Positions 19,950 to 28,920 of a stretch of 64,000 nucleotides of DNA are shown here, piece by piece. The position numbers were made by a program, and so were the translations under genes. The first letter of the stretch is position 1, and each line of letters opens with the position of its first letter. The stretch is from Kiritimatiellia bacterium (lineage in GTDB: Bacteria > Verrucomicrobiota > Kiritimatiellia > RFP12 > UBA1067), in the NCBI GenBank assembly GCA_050949565.1, contig JBMNFY010000017.1:1664001-1728000 (forward strand), read 5' to 3'. The notes under the pieces are model-generated. The model worked only from the letters and a program-made list of their open reading frames with translations. It was not told the origin of the DNA and searched no databases.

Positions 19950-21752
19950 CTAATCGTCTCTTCCGATGCGCACGATTACCTTCGACGCACCGAGGTTTTT
20001 CCAGCCCAGCGCTAGCAATGCGCGCTCGGCAAAGCCGCGGCCCTGGCAGATCAGATCCAAGATACGGATGTTATCTTTGCGGCATAATTCGAGGAAATCC
20101 TTGAGGGTGAAGAGATGGATATTGGGCGTGTTGTACCACTCGAAGGGAAGCTGCTTGCCCTTGGGCATGCGCCCTTTAAGGAGCAGTTCACGCCGCACTT
20201 CAAGGCAGGCGAAGTTCGGGAAAGAGATCACCGCTTCGGGTGCGACACGCAGGATCTGGTGCAAGAGTTCGCGCGGCCGTTTGATCGTCTGTAGCGTTTC
20301 ACTGAGCACGACAATATCGAAGCTGTCGTCCGGGATCATGGACAGGCCGTCGTCGATGTCTTCGAGCAAGATGTCGCAACCCAAGCCGATCGCATTGATG
20401 ACCTGATGGAGGTCGATTTCGACACCGTTGCCCGTGCAGTTCTGGTGCTGATGCAGAATGTTGAGTAGCGAACCATTGCCGCACCCGAGATCCAGCACGC
20501 GACTGCCCGGCGGAACCAGATCAACCACCTTCTGGTAGTGGCGCAACTGCCATTGGCGGATCACGCCGCACTCTGGCGCGTCTTCGGGCGGCAGAAATGC
20601 GCGCATCACGCGCTTCAACTCTTCGACATGGGTCAGAAAGGCATCATGGCCCGCCGTGATTTCGAGATGGCAGTACGAGACCCGTTTTTTCTGGCGCAAC
20701 AGCGCGGTTACGATCTCCTCCGACTGATCGGGCGTGAAGAGCCAGTCGCCGCTCAGCGAGACGATCAGCACACGCGCATCGACCTTTTCAAAGGCGGCTT
20801 CAAGGCTACCGTAGCTCTCCTCGATATCGTACTCATCCATGGCCAGCGTGATGTGCAGGTAGGAGTTGGCGTCAAAACGCTGAATGAACTTCTCGCCCTG
20901 GTGCTGCAAATAGCTCTCGACCTGGAAGAAGGTGCCGAAATTGCGGTCGATGGCATCGCGGAATTCTGAGTCGGCGGCCAACCACTCCGGACGTTTGTCG
21001 CGGCCGAACTTGGCTTTCATGAGTTGCTGTGAGAGGTAAGTGATGTGGGCCAACTTGCGTGCGCTGGAAAGCCCCATACTGGGCAGGCTCTCACGGTCGT
21101 AGTAATCTCCCGCGTTCCAGTTGGGATCCGCGACGATTGCATGGCGGCCGACGATGTCAAAGGCGAGCGCCTGCGAATTGAGGCTGGCGGCCGAGGCGAC
21201 CACAATCCCTTTGTCAATTTCGTCGGGATAGCGGATCAGCCATTCGAGCACCTGCATGCCGCCAAAGCTGCCGCCGATCACTGCCGCGAGCCGCGTGATG
21301 CCGATCTGTTGCAGGCAGAGGCGGTGCACTTCAACAATATCGCCCACCGTGATTTTAGGGAAAGCCGAGCCGTAGGGCTTGCCGGTTTCCGGATTGATCG
21401 AAGAGGGGCCGGTCGTGCCTTTGCAGCCGCCGAGAATGTTGGCGCAGACGACCTGATAGCGTTGCGTGTCGATGCCCTTTCCTGGACCGACCATGCCTTC
21501 CCACCACCCCGAGGGTTGGGTCTCGCCCGGCCGCACACCGGCTACGTGGGCATCGCCGGTGAGCGCGTGACAAACAAAGACCACGTTGTCGTTGGCGGCA
21601 GTGATCGCGCCGCAACGCTCGAACGTCACTTCGATTTCAGGCAATACGCCGCCCTTCTCAAGCTTGAAGCCTCCCGGCGGGAGTTTCAACTTGAGAGTCT
21701 GCGGCACGACAATTTCAGCCGTAGGTTTAGAGTGTTGTGTGTCCTTGAGCAC
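19950..21752 (-). CDS. metX: Homoserine O-acetyltransferase MetX fused to methionine biosynthesis protein MetW
   Basis: CHALTGDAH, GGSFGGMQ nucleophile, RFDANSY, GHDAFL; C-terminal VLDLGCGNG...SFPNF...WYNTPNIH (MetW). Confidence 0.92.
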   Translation of the reverse strand: MLKDTQHSKPTAEIVVPQTLKLKLPPGGFKLEKGGVLPEIEVTFERCGAITAANDNVVFVCHALTGDAHVAGVRPGETQPSGWWEGMVGPGKGIDTQRYQVVCANILGGCKGTTGPSSINPETGKPYGSAFPKITVGDIVEVHRLCLQQIGITRLAAVIGGSFGGMQVLEWLIRYPDEIDKGIVVASAASLNSQALAFDIVGRHAIVADPNWNAGDYYDRESLPSMGLSSARKLAHITYLSQQLMKAKFGRDKRPEWLAADSEFRDAIDRNFGTFFQVESYLQHQGEKFIQRFDANSYLHITLAMDEYDIEESYGSLEAAFEKVDARVLIVSLSGDWLFTPDQSEEIVTALLRQKKRVSYCHLEITAGHDAFLTHVEELKRVMRAFLPPEDAPECGVIRQWQLRHYQKVVDLVPPGSRVLDLGCGNGSLLNILHQHQNCTGNGVEIDLHQVINAIGLGCDILLEDIDDGLSMIPDDSFDIVVLSETLQTIKRPRELLHQILRVAPEAVISFPNFACLEVRRELLLKGRMPKGKQLPFEWYNTPNIHLFTLKDFLELCRKDNIRILDLICQGRGFAERALLALGWKNLGASKVIVRIGRDD

Positions 21753-21954
21753 GTTCCTTTCGCAAAGAGGTTAAAATAACATGCGTCCCCCTCTTGTGCC
21801 AGTGCAAACTGATTCCGTGTCGCGCGCGGTTTATCGGTCCTAGGTAAAATTTAACAGTTTTCTTACCAAAATAACGTGTTCGCCTAACGAGAATAAGGTT
21901 CACTGTACGTCTGGCGGGGATATGGCGAGAGTGTTGGAAAAGAGGATGGTTAAA

Positions 21955-23358
21955 ATGAGGGGTACCGTGCTTACACAAAGACTTGGGCTGTTGGTAATCT
22001 TTTGTTTGGTCACGCTGGGCACAACGGGCGCAAGGTGTGCCGAGACGTTGCCCAAGTACATCTTTCTTTTTATCGGGGACGGTATGGCCGAGACGCATGT
22101 GCGGGCCACGGAGTGTTATTTTAAAGATGCTCAGGTTCAGAGAGGTCTTGCCGCTGAAAAGGTAGCGGGGCTGACCATGCTGACGTTGCCGATGCGGGGC
22201 AGGGCGACGACCTTTGCAAAAGACAACGTGGTGACTGATTCAGCGGCTTCGGCTACGGCCTTTTCGTCGGGCTACAAGACCGATAACGGCGTGCTGAACA
22301 TCGATCTTGAAACGGAGCGCAAATTTGATGTCATGGCGCAATTTGTGAAGCGTCACGGCATGAAAGTGGGCATCATTTCAAGTGCTGCGCCGAACCATGC
22401 CACGCCCGCCGGTTTTTATGCCCATGCGAAAAGCAGAAACATGTATCCTGAGATCGCCATGCAGTTGGCGGCATCCGCTCTTGATTATGTGGGCGGCCCG
22501 CCCGTGTTGGGTGCCGAAGGCACGGATGACAAAGCTACGGATGCCAAGGCGAGGGAAGCTGCTTTGCAGAACGGGTACACGGTTGTGGAAGACCGCAAGA
22601 GCTTCGATGCTCTGAAGCCCGGCGTGCAGCGCATTTGGGTCAGGAGCGCCATGCCGTTGGCCATCGATGGCAAGCATGAGATTCCGCTGGCGGATCATGT
22701 GAGCAAGGCGATCGAGTTGTTAGCGGGGCCGGAAGGTTTCTTCATGATGGTCGAGGGGGCGGCCATCGATTGGGCCAGCCACTCCAATGACGGTGCCGCC
22801 ATGGTGCAGGAGTTGCTGGAGTTCGACCGTGCCATAGCCAGGGCAATCGAGTTTTACCGAGCACGGCCCGACGAGGTTTTAATTGTCGTGACGGCGGACC
22901 ACGAGTGCGGCGGGCTGTCGCTGATTGAGGGGCGGCTCACTGCGCCCGGCATGAGCAAGATTCTGGACGGCCAGAAAAAGTCGCGGAATGCCTCGGTCGA
23001 CATGTTCGAGACATTCGAGAAAGAAAAGATCTCGTTTGACGAGGCGCTGCCGCAGATGAAGGCGTTTTTCGGCATACAGTATCTGAGCGATGAGGAGTTG
23101 GCGGAGTGCCGTAAAATCTTCAAAAAGGGCGGCGGTGCGCAGGGGCAATACGCGTATGGCGACGAGCGCAGAATCAGCCTGTTCTGGTCGCGCCTCGTCA
23201 GTGCCCGGGCAGGACTCATTTGGGGTAGCTTGAACCATACCGCCGACCCCGTCCCGGTTTATGCGGTCGGTGCGCAGGCGGCGCGCTTTGCCGGCAATAG
23301 CGACAACGCGCTGATCGGCCGCTATATCCGCGATCTTATATCGGAGAGGAAGAAGTAA
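21955..23358 (+). CDS. phoA: Alkaline phosphatase (PhoA family)
   Basis: FLFIGDGM, VTDSAASAT catalytic Ser, HATPA, EGAAIDWASH, TADHE; signal peptide; start uncertain. Confidence 0.9.
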   Translation: MRGTVLTQRLGLLVIFCLVTLGTTGARCAETLPKYIFLFIGDGMAETHVRATECYFKDAQVQRGLAAEKVAGLTMLTLPMRGRATTFAKDNVVTDSAASATAFSSGYKTDNGVLNIDLETERKFDVMAQFVKRHGMKVGIISSAAPNHATPAGFYAHAKSRNMYPEIAMQLAASALDYVGGPPVLGAEGTDDKATDAKAREAALQNGYTVVEDRKSFDALKPGVQRIWVRSAMPLAIDGKHEIPLADHVSKAIELLAGPEGFFMMVEGAAIDWASHSNDGAAMVQELLEFDRAIARAIEFYRARPDEVLIVVTADHECGGLSLIEGRLTAPGMSKILDGQKKSRNASVDMFETFEKEKISFDEALPQMKAFFGIQYLSDEELAECRKIFKKGGGAQGQYAYGDERRISLFWSRLVSARAGLIWGSLNHTADPVPVYAVGAQAARFAGNSDNALIGRYIRDLISERKK

Positions 23359-23511
23359 TCCTAAAAAGATGGTTTTTCATGAAGTTTCATGTGTTTCATG
23401 GTTAAAAAACTCAAAACCCAGAAACCAGAACCAGAAAAAGCTATCCCATCCAGCCGCGATACGGTACCCTGTCCACGTTTGATAAGTATCTGCGTGTAAG
23501 AGGGAAGATCC

Positions 23512-25074
23512 ATGGCTAAGAGAGTTCGCGACGCCTGGGGCAGCCGTATCGGTGTCGTTCTGGCGGCTGCCGGCGGTGCGGTCGGTCTCGGTAATTTCCT
23601 GCGTTTCCCCGGCGTGGCCGCCCGCAATGGCGGCGGCGCCTTCATGATTCCGTACTTCGTCGCTTTTCTGTTTCTCGCTCTGCCGCTCTGCTGGATGGAG
23701 TGGGTCATGGGGCGTTACGGCGGACGCTTCGGTCACGGCAGCGCGCCGGGCGTGTTCGATGCGGTCAGCGGACGCCGTCGTCCTTGGATCAAGTATCTCG
23801 GCGTGCTCGGCATCACCGGTGCGTTGGGCATCTTTTTCTACTACATCTATATCGAATCGTGGACGCTCGCCTACAGCGTTTTCGCGATTACCGGCCGCTA
23901 TGCCTCAATAGAAACACCGGATTGCATGGGTGCTTTTCTCAGCAGCTATCTGAGTGGCAGTGGCGACTTTTTCCAGAGCCGGCTCCCCGCCTACATCTTT
24001 TTCCTGGTGACCTTTGCCGCTAACTTCTGGGTGGTTTATCACGGCATCAGCCACGGTATCGAGCGTTTCTGCAAAATTGCCATGCCGCTGCTCTTTATTA
24101 CGGCCATTGTGTTGGTGGTGCGCGTCTTTACGCTCGGTGCGCCGGTCAATCCGGAGTGGACGCTCGACCGCGCTCTGGGGTTCCTGTGGAATCCAGATTT
24201 CTCCGCGCTCAAAAATGGCCGCGTCTGGCTCGAAGCCGCCGGACAGGTCTTTTTCTCCACCTCGGTCGGCATCGGCGTGCTGCTGACCTATGCCACCTAT
24301 CTGAAGGCGAATGACGATGTCTTGCTACCGTCCTCGTCCGCCTCTTTTTTGAACGAGTTCTGCGAGGTCGTGCTGGGCGGGTCGATCGTCGTGCCTGCCG
24401 CTTATCTCTTTTTCGGCCCGGAAGGCACCGCGCAGGCCGTCGAGGGCGGTACGTTCGGTCTCGCCTTTCGCACCACGCCGCTGATTTTCAATCACATGGC
24501 GGGTGGTGCTTGGGTCGGTTTTGTCTGGTTCGTACTGCTCTTTGTCGCCGGCATCACCAGCTCGGTCTCGATCCTGCAACCTTCAGTCGCCTTCCTCGAA
24601 GAGGAGTTCGGCTTCAATCGCAAGCGCTGCGTGATTGTCATCGGGCTCATCTGCTTCGCTGCGGCGCATCTCGCGATTTTTGGCGACGGCGTTGTGGATG
24701 AGATGGACTTCTGGTTCAGCTCATTCGGGCTGCCGATGTTCGGCCTCTTCGAGGCGCTTGTCTTCGTCTTCTTTTTCGGTCCGGAGCGCGGTTGGCGGGA
24801 GTTGCACTTCGGCTCGTCACTGCGCTTGCCGGCCTTCTTCAAGCCGATCATGATCTTCGTGACGCCGGTCTTCCTCTTTGTGATCTTGGCCGGCTGGCTG
24901 GTTACCGACGGCTGGCAGACGATCATCATGAAGAAGTGGGTCGACGGCAAACTCGTGCCGCTCTATAGCGAGGCGCAGGTTCCGTGGGTCATCGCCACGC
25001 GCCTGCTCTGCCTCGCTATGATTGCGCTCACCTGCTTCTTCATCCACCGCGCTTGGAAAAAGCGTCGTTATTAA
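23512..25074 (+). CDS. Sodium-dependent transporter (NSS/SNF family)
   Basis: RDAWGSRIG...AVGLGNFLRFP, GGGAFMIPY, AAGQVFFS; multiple TM helices. Confidence 0.93.
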   Translation: MAKRVRDAWGSRIGVVLAAAGGAVGLGNFLRFPGVAARNGGGAFMIPYFVAFLFLALPLCWMEWVMGRYGGRFGHGSAPGVFDAVSGRRRPWIKYLGVLGITGALGIFFYYIYIESWTLAYSVFAITGRYASIETPDCMGAFLSSYLSGSGDFFQSRLPAYIFFLVTFAANFWVVYHGISHGIERFCKIAMPLLFITAIVLVVRVFTLGAPVNPEWTLDRALGFLWNPDFSALKNGRVWLEAAGQVFFSTSVGIGVLLTYATYLKANDDVLLPSSSASFLNEFCEVVLGGSIVVPAAYLFFGPEGTAQAVEGGTFGLAFRTTPLIFNHMAGGAWVGFVWFVLLFVAGITSSVSILQPSVAFLEEEFGFNRKRCVIVIGLICFAAAHLAIFGDGVVDEMDFWFSSFGLPMFGLFEALVFVFFFGPERGWRELHFGSSLRLPAFFKPIMIFVTPVFLFVILAGWLVTDGWQTIIMKKWVDGKLVPLYSEAQVPWVIATRLLCLAMIALTCFFIHRAWKKRRY

Positions 25075-25124
25075 CCCGGCCGCAAACAGTGTTTTTTCTC
25101 ACACGAAGGCACAAAGGGCACGAA

Positions 25125-25728
25125 GGTTTTTTGGGGGCAGGGCTCGGGTTTTTACATCCACAGATTACAGATTACGCAGATTTTTTGAGGCGCGGGCGGT
25201 GCGCGGGTTTGTTTAACCTAAAAAGAGCAGTTGAACCTTCAACTCTCTTTGGTTTCTGGTTTCAAGGTTTCATGGTTTCATCCAAATCGGGATCGGGATC
25301 GCTATCGGGATCGATTGTTTAACCACGGAACACACCGAACACACGGAAAGGCATGGCATGATTTTTCATGAAGTTTCATGTGTTTCATGGTTCAGGTTTT
25401 TTTAACGCAGAGGCGCAGAGGTTTTTTGGGGGCGGGGCTCGGGTTTTTACATCCACAGATTACAGATTACGCAGATTTTTTGAGGCGCGGGCGGTGCGCG
25501 GGTTTGTTTAACCTAAAAAGAGCAGTTGAACCTTCAACTCTCTTTGGTTTCTGGTTTCAAGGTTTCATGGTTTCATCCAAATCGGGATCGGGATCGCTAT
25601 CGGGATCGATTGTTTAACCACGGAACACACCGAACACACGGAAAGGCATGGCATGATTTTTCATGAAGTTTCATGTGTTTCATGGTTCAGGTTTTTTTAA
25701 CGCAGAGGCGCAGAGGTTTTTTGGGGGC
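25125..25728. repeat. Near-perfect tandem duplication, 295-bp period (two copies), built from short-repeat cassettes
   Basis: GGGTTTTTACATCC at 25146 and 25441; TTCAGG at 25391 and 25686. Confidence 0.9.
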
Positions 25729-25735
25729 GATTGGC

Positions 25736-26491
25736 TTAGAAATAGCCGCCCTTGTCGGTGATTTCTTTGACGGTCTCGCCGCTGGCGACCCAGCCGAAGA
25801 TCTTCTTCTCGTTCTCGCGGATCTCTTCGGCGCGCACCAGCACTTGGTAGGCGATGTCGCGCGGTATGCAGACCACGCCGTCACAATCCGCAAAGATCAC
25901 GTCGCCGGGCTTGATCACGACATCACCGATGATGATCGGGATCTGATAGTGCGTAATCAGGCAGCGGCCGAGCGAGCCGTTGGGGATGCGGTAGCGGTAA
26001 TAGATCGGGAAGGGCTTTTCAAGAATCTGCTTGGTGTCGCGGATGCCGCCGTCGATGCAGGCTGCCTTGACGCCCTTGCCGTAGGCGGTCGCCGTCATGA
26101 CGCCGCCCCAGAGGGTGGCCTTCATATCGTTCGAGGTGTCCCACACCACAAAGTGATTCTCGCCCATCTCGTCGAGCATCTGGCCGCGGAAGGTCATCTC
26201 GCCCGTGATCTGGACATTCGGCGCGCTCTTGACGGTGAAGGCGATGCCGGCGACCACGTCGCTGTCGCGCAGCGGCCGCAGGTGGCCGGGCAACGACTGA
26301 TCCAGCAGGGCAAGCTCGCGCAGCACGTCGCTGATCGCGCCGGTGTAGAGCTGCTCATAACGGGCCAACAACTCTTTCTCCGGCACTGGGAACGGTTTTG
26401 TTGAAACACCCTCGCGCACCGCAATCAGGTGCTCGAGATTCATCATCTTCGCTTCTTTCTGAAGCATGCCTTCTTCTCGCTTCTCTTGCAT
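25736..26491 (-). CDS. RraA/HMG aldolase family protein
   Basis: YTGAISDVL, WGGVM, IDGGIRD, PGDVIFADCDGVV. Confidence 0.88.
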   Translation of the reverse strand: MQEKREEGMLQKEAKMMNLEHLIAVREGVSTKPFPVPEKELLARYEQLYTGAISDVLRELALLDQSLPGHLRPLRDSDVVAGIAFTVKSAPNVQITGEMTFRGQMLDEMGENHFVVWDTSNDMKATLWGGVMTATAYGKGVKAACIDGGIRDTKQILEKPFPIYYRYRIPNGSLGRCLITHYQIPIIIGDVVIKPGDVIFADCDGVVCIPRDIAYQVLVRAEEIRENEKKIFGWVASGETVKEITDKGGYF

Positions 26492-26588
26492 ATCGCCTCC
26501 TATTGTGCGGACGAGCAGACGCTCGTCCCTCCCGAATGGTGAAAAAAACTCCTAACTCCTAAATCCTAAATTTCAACTCTTAACTCCT

Positions 26589-26689
26589 GAGGGTCTCGCA
26601 AAACCCCTTACCTACAGATGTGGCACGGGCATCTTGCCCGTGTTTCATGGGCGGGACGCCCATGCCACGAGGGGGTTTGCAAGAGCCTC
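26589..26689. mobile_element. ~100-bp MITE-like element with internal double palindrome
   Basis: Imperfect terminal IRs GAGGGTCTCGCAAAACC / GGTTTGCAAGAGCCTC around GTGGCACGGGCATCTTGCCCGTG-TTT-CATGGGCGGGACGCCCATGCCAC; related copies at 54650 and 60432. Confidence 0.6.
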
Positions 26690-26691
26690 TC

Positions 26692-27480
26692 CTATATCCC
26701 CATGCCGCCATCCACACGCAGCGTCACGCCGGTAATATAGCGCCCAGCCGCCGAACAGAGCAGAACCGCCGCGCCGGCTGCATCTTCCGGCATCGCGAAG
26801 TCGCGCAGGGGAATGCCGGCGCGCACCTTTTCGGCGTAGGTGGGGTTGTTGAGCGCATCGGCGTTGCGGTCGGTCGCGAAAACGCCGGGGCAGAGGTTGT
26901 TGACCGTGACGCCGTCGGGGGCGCACAGCTTGGCCAGATTGCGAACGAGGTTCTCGAGCGCCGCCTTGCTGGCCGCATAGATCGGCATGTCGGGATGAGG
27001 CCGTACTTCTTGTACGCTGCCAACCGAGATCAGGCGTCCCCAGCGCTGTTGGCGCATCGCGGGATAGGCAAGCTGGAAGAGCTGGTACGTCGCATGGAAG
27101 TTGACCTGCATCTGGAGCAACGCCTCGGATTCCGGCACTTCTAGCCAAGGACGCCGCACCTGGACCGAGGCGTTGGCGATCACGATGTCCGGCGCACCGA
27201 TTGCGGATGATGTCGCCTCGAACAACATCTGGGCGCATCCCGGCTCGCCGAGGTCGCCGGTCACCGCCGTACTCTCCGGCGTAAAGGCGCGCACATCGGC
27301 GAGCGATTGCTCGAGCGCGTCACTCGGCCGCACACCGTGAACGGCGACGGTCGCGCCGCACTCCGCGAGGGCGCGGGCAATCGCCCGGCCGATCCCGCGC
27401 GCCGAACCGGTGACCAGTGCGCGACGCCCTGCCAGCGAAAAAGATTCCATTACGCTTTTCTGATTTTCTTGCTTCATCAT
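26692..27480 (-). CDS. SDR family oxidoreductase
   Basis: TGSARGIG, YAASK, NNLCPG, VDGG. Confidence 0.92.
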   Translation of the reverse strand: MMKQENQKSVMESFSLAGRRALVTGSARGIGRAIARALAECGATVAVHGVRPSDALEQSLADVRAFTPESTAVTGDLGEPGCAQMLFEATSSAIGAPDIVIANASVQVRRPWLEVPESEALLQMQVNFHATYQLFQLAYPAMRQQRWGRLISVGSVQEVRPHPDMPIYAASKAALENLVRNLAKLCAPDGVTVNNLCPGVFATDRNADALNNPTYAEKVRAGIPLRDFAMPEDAAGAAVLLCSAAGRYITGVTLRVDGGMGI

Positions 27481-27520
27481 CTTCTCCCTTTGACTTCTTG
27501 TCCGTTCAAAACGATGCGTT

Positions 27521-28804
27521 TCATGCTTTTACCTCTTCACATTCACAATCTTTTCTGAAGAACAGGGTACACGCTATCAGAATGATCACGCCGCCCAGCA
27601 GATATGAGAGCGAGAGCGAGGCGAGCCCGAACGACAGCCCGAAGCGCGATTTCAGATAGCCCAACATCGTCGGCGAGAACGAGCCGACCAAAAAGGCAAA
27701 CGAGAGCATCAATCCGGTTGCGGTCGCACGGTATTGCGGCTTGATCACGTCAAAGAGCGATGCGAATAGATTGGAGTCGTAGATCCCGCGGAAGAATCCA
27801 AAGAGCCCGAGCATCGCGAAGCAGAACCACTCGGAAGAACCGCGAGTCATCAGATAGATAAAGGGTGCGCCCAAGAGCAGCCCCAGGATGTTCGCCTCGA
27901 AGCGGATCGTCTTGCGCCGCGCAGCCAGGCGGTCGGTCAAGCGCCCGCCCGCCATGACGCCGAAGAACGCGCACACGAAATGGAAGAAAACGGCTGAAAA
28001 GCCGGCCTTTTCCGGCGTGAAGCCGAATTTCTCAATCAGAAACGTTGGTGTCCAGGTTTTGAAGCCGACATCGACATAGACCATACAGCCGAACGCCAGC
28101 GCCAACAGCAGGGCCGAGCGCTTGCTCAGGATATGGCTCAACGTCTCGCGCACTGTCACGCGCGCGGCGCTACCCGCTGTCTTCTGATTGGGCGTGTCAC
28201 GCATGAAAATCAGCAGGACGAGCGACCAGAGAATACCGACCGCACCAAAGAGAACGAACGGCGCACGCCACTGCATCGAAGAGGTGCGTGAGAGATAACC
28301 GGAGAAGTAGCCGCTGAACATGATGCCGACATAGAGCGCGGTCTGATGGATCGAGAACGCGGTCGCGCGGCTCTTCTCATGGAACTGGCTCATGAGCGAG
28401 GTGGCCGGCGGATAATAGAATGCCTCGCCGACGCCGAACACCACTCCGTAGAAGAGGATCAGCGCGACAAGACCGCCGCTAAGGCCGGTCAGCAAGGTGC
28501 CGATGCTGAATATCAGGACGCTGAACAGCAGTTGCCATTTACGGCGCAGGCGGTCGCCCAGAAAACCGGCCAGCGGCACGCACAGCCCGTAACATGCGGT
28601 GAAGACCGAAGCCACCATGCCGGCCTGCACGTCGCTCAAACCCAACCCGCCGGCATCGGCGGCCGCCTTGATTTGTGTCAGGACCGTGCTGTAAATCTGG
28701 CGGTTGCCTTGGTTCAGAAAAAACGCCACGTACAGCAGGCCAACCAATTGCCATTTATATGACGGTGGAACCTGTTCGTTTGCCGCAATGCGGTCTTGCC
28801 CCAT
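27521..28804 (-). CDS. MFS transporter
   Basis: GFLGDRLRRK motif A, ~12 TM helices; AGGAGG RBS before ATG 28804. Confidence 0.9.
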   Translation of the reverse strand: MGQDRIAANEQVPPSYKWQLVGLLYVAFFLNQGNRQIYSTVLTQIKAAADAGGLGLSDVQAGMVASVFTACYGLCVPLAGFLGDRLRRKWQLLFSVLIFSIGTLLTGLSGGLVALILFYGVVFGVGEAFYYPPATSLMSQFHEKSRATAFSIHQTALYVGIMFSGYFSGYLSRTSSMQWRAPFVLFGAVGILWSLVLLIFMRDTPNQKTAGSAARVTVRETLSHILSKRSALLLALAFGCMVYVDVGFKTWTPTFLIEKFGFTPEKAGFSAVFFHFVCAFFGVMAGGRLTDRLAARRKTIRFEANILGLLLGAPFIYLMTRGSSEWFCFAMLGLFGFFRGIYDSNLFASLFDVIKPQYRATATGLMLSFAFLVGSFSPTMLGYLKSRFGLSFGLASLSLSYLLGGVIILIACTLFFRKDCECEEVKA

Positions 28805-28920
28805 GATGAACCTCCTACGTGTGATGTTCTGTCGATTCCTAAAACGGCCCACTCACCTTAGCGCAAAAAGGGGGAAAAAACCAGTGGCAAAGTGACTTAT
28901 TACCCATTACATCTTACCTA

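Noticed and set aside
21753-21950. SAM riboswitch or T-box upstream of metX
   Set aside because: No recognisable SAM-I/II or T-box consensus in this AT-rich divergent promoter region
25125-25728. Possible CRISPR array
   Set aside because: Whole 295-bp units are duplicated; there is no constant repeat with unique spacers and no cas genes
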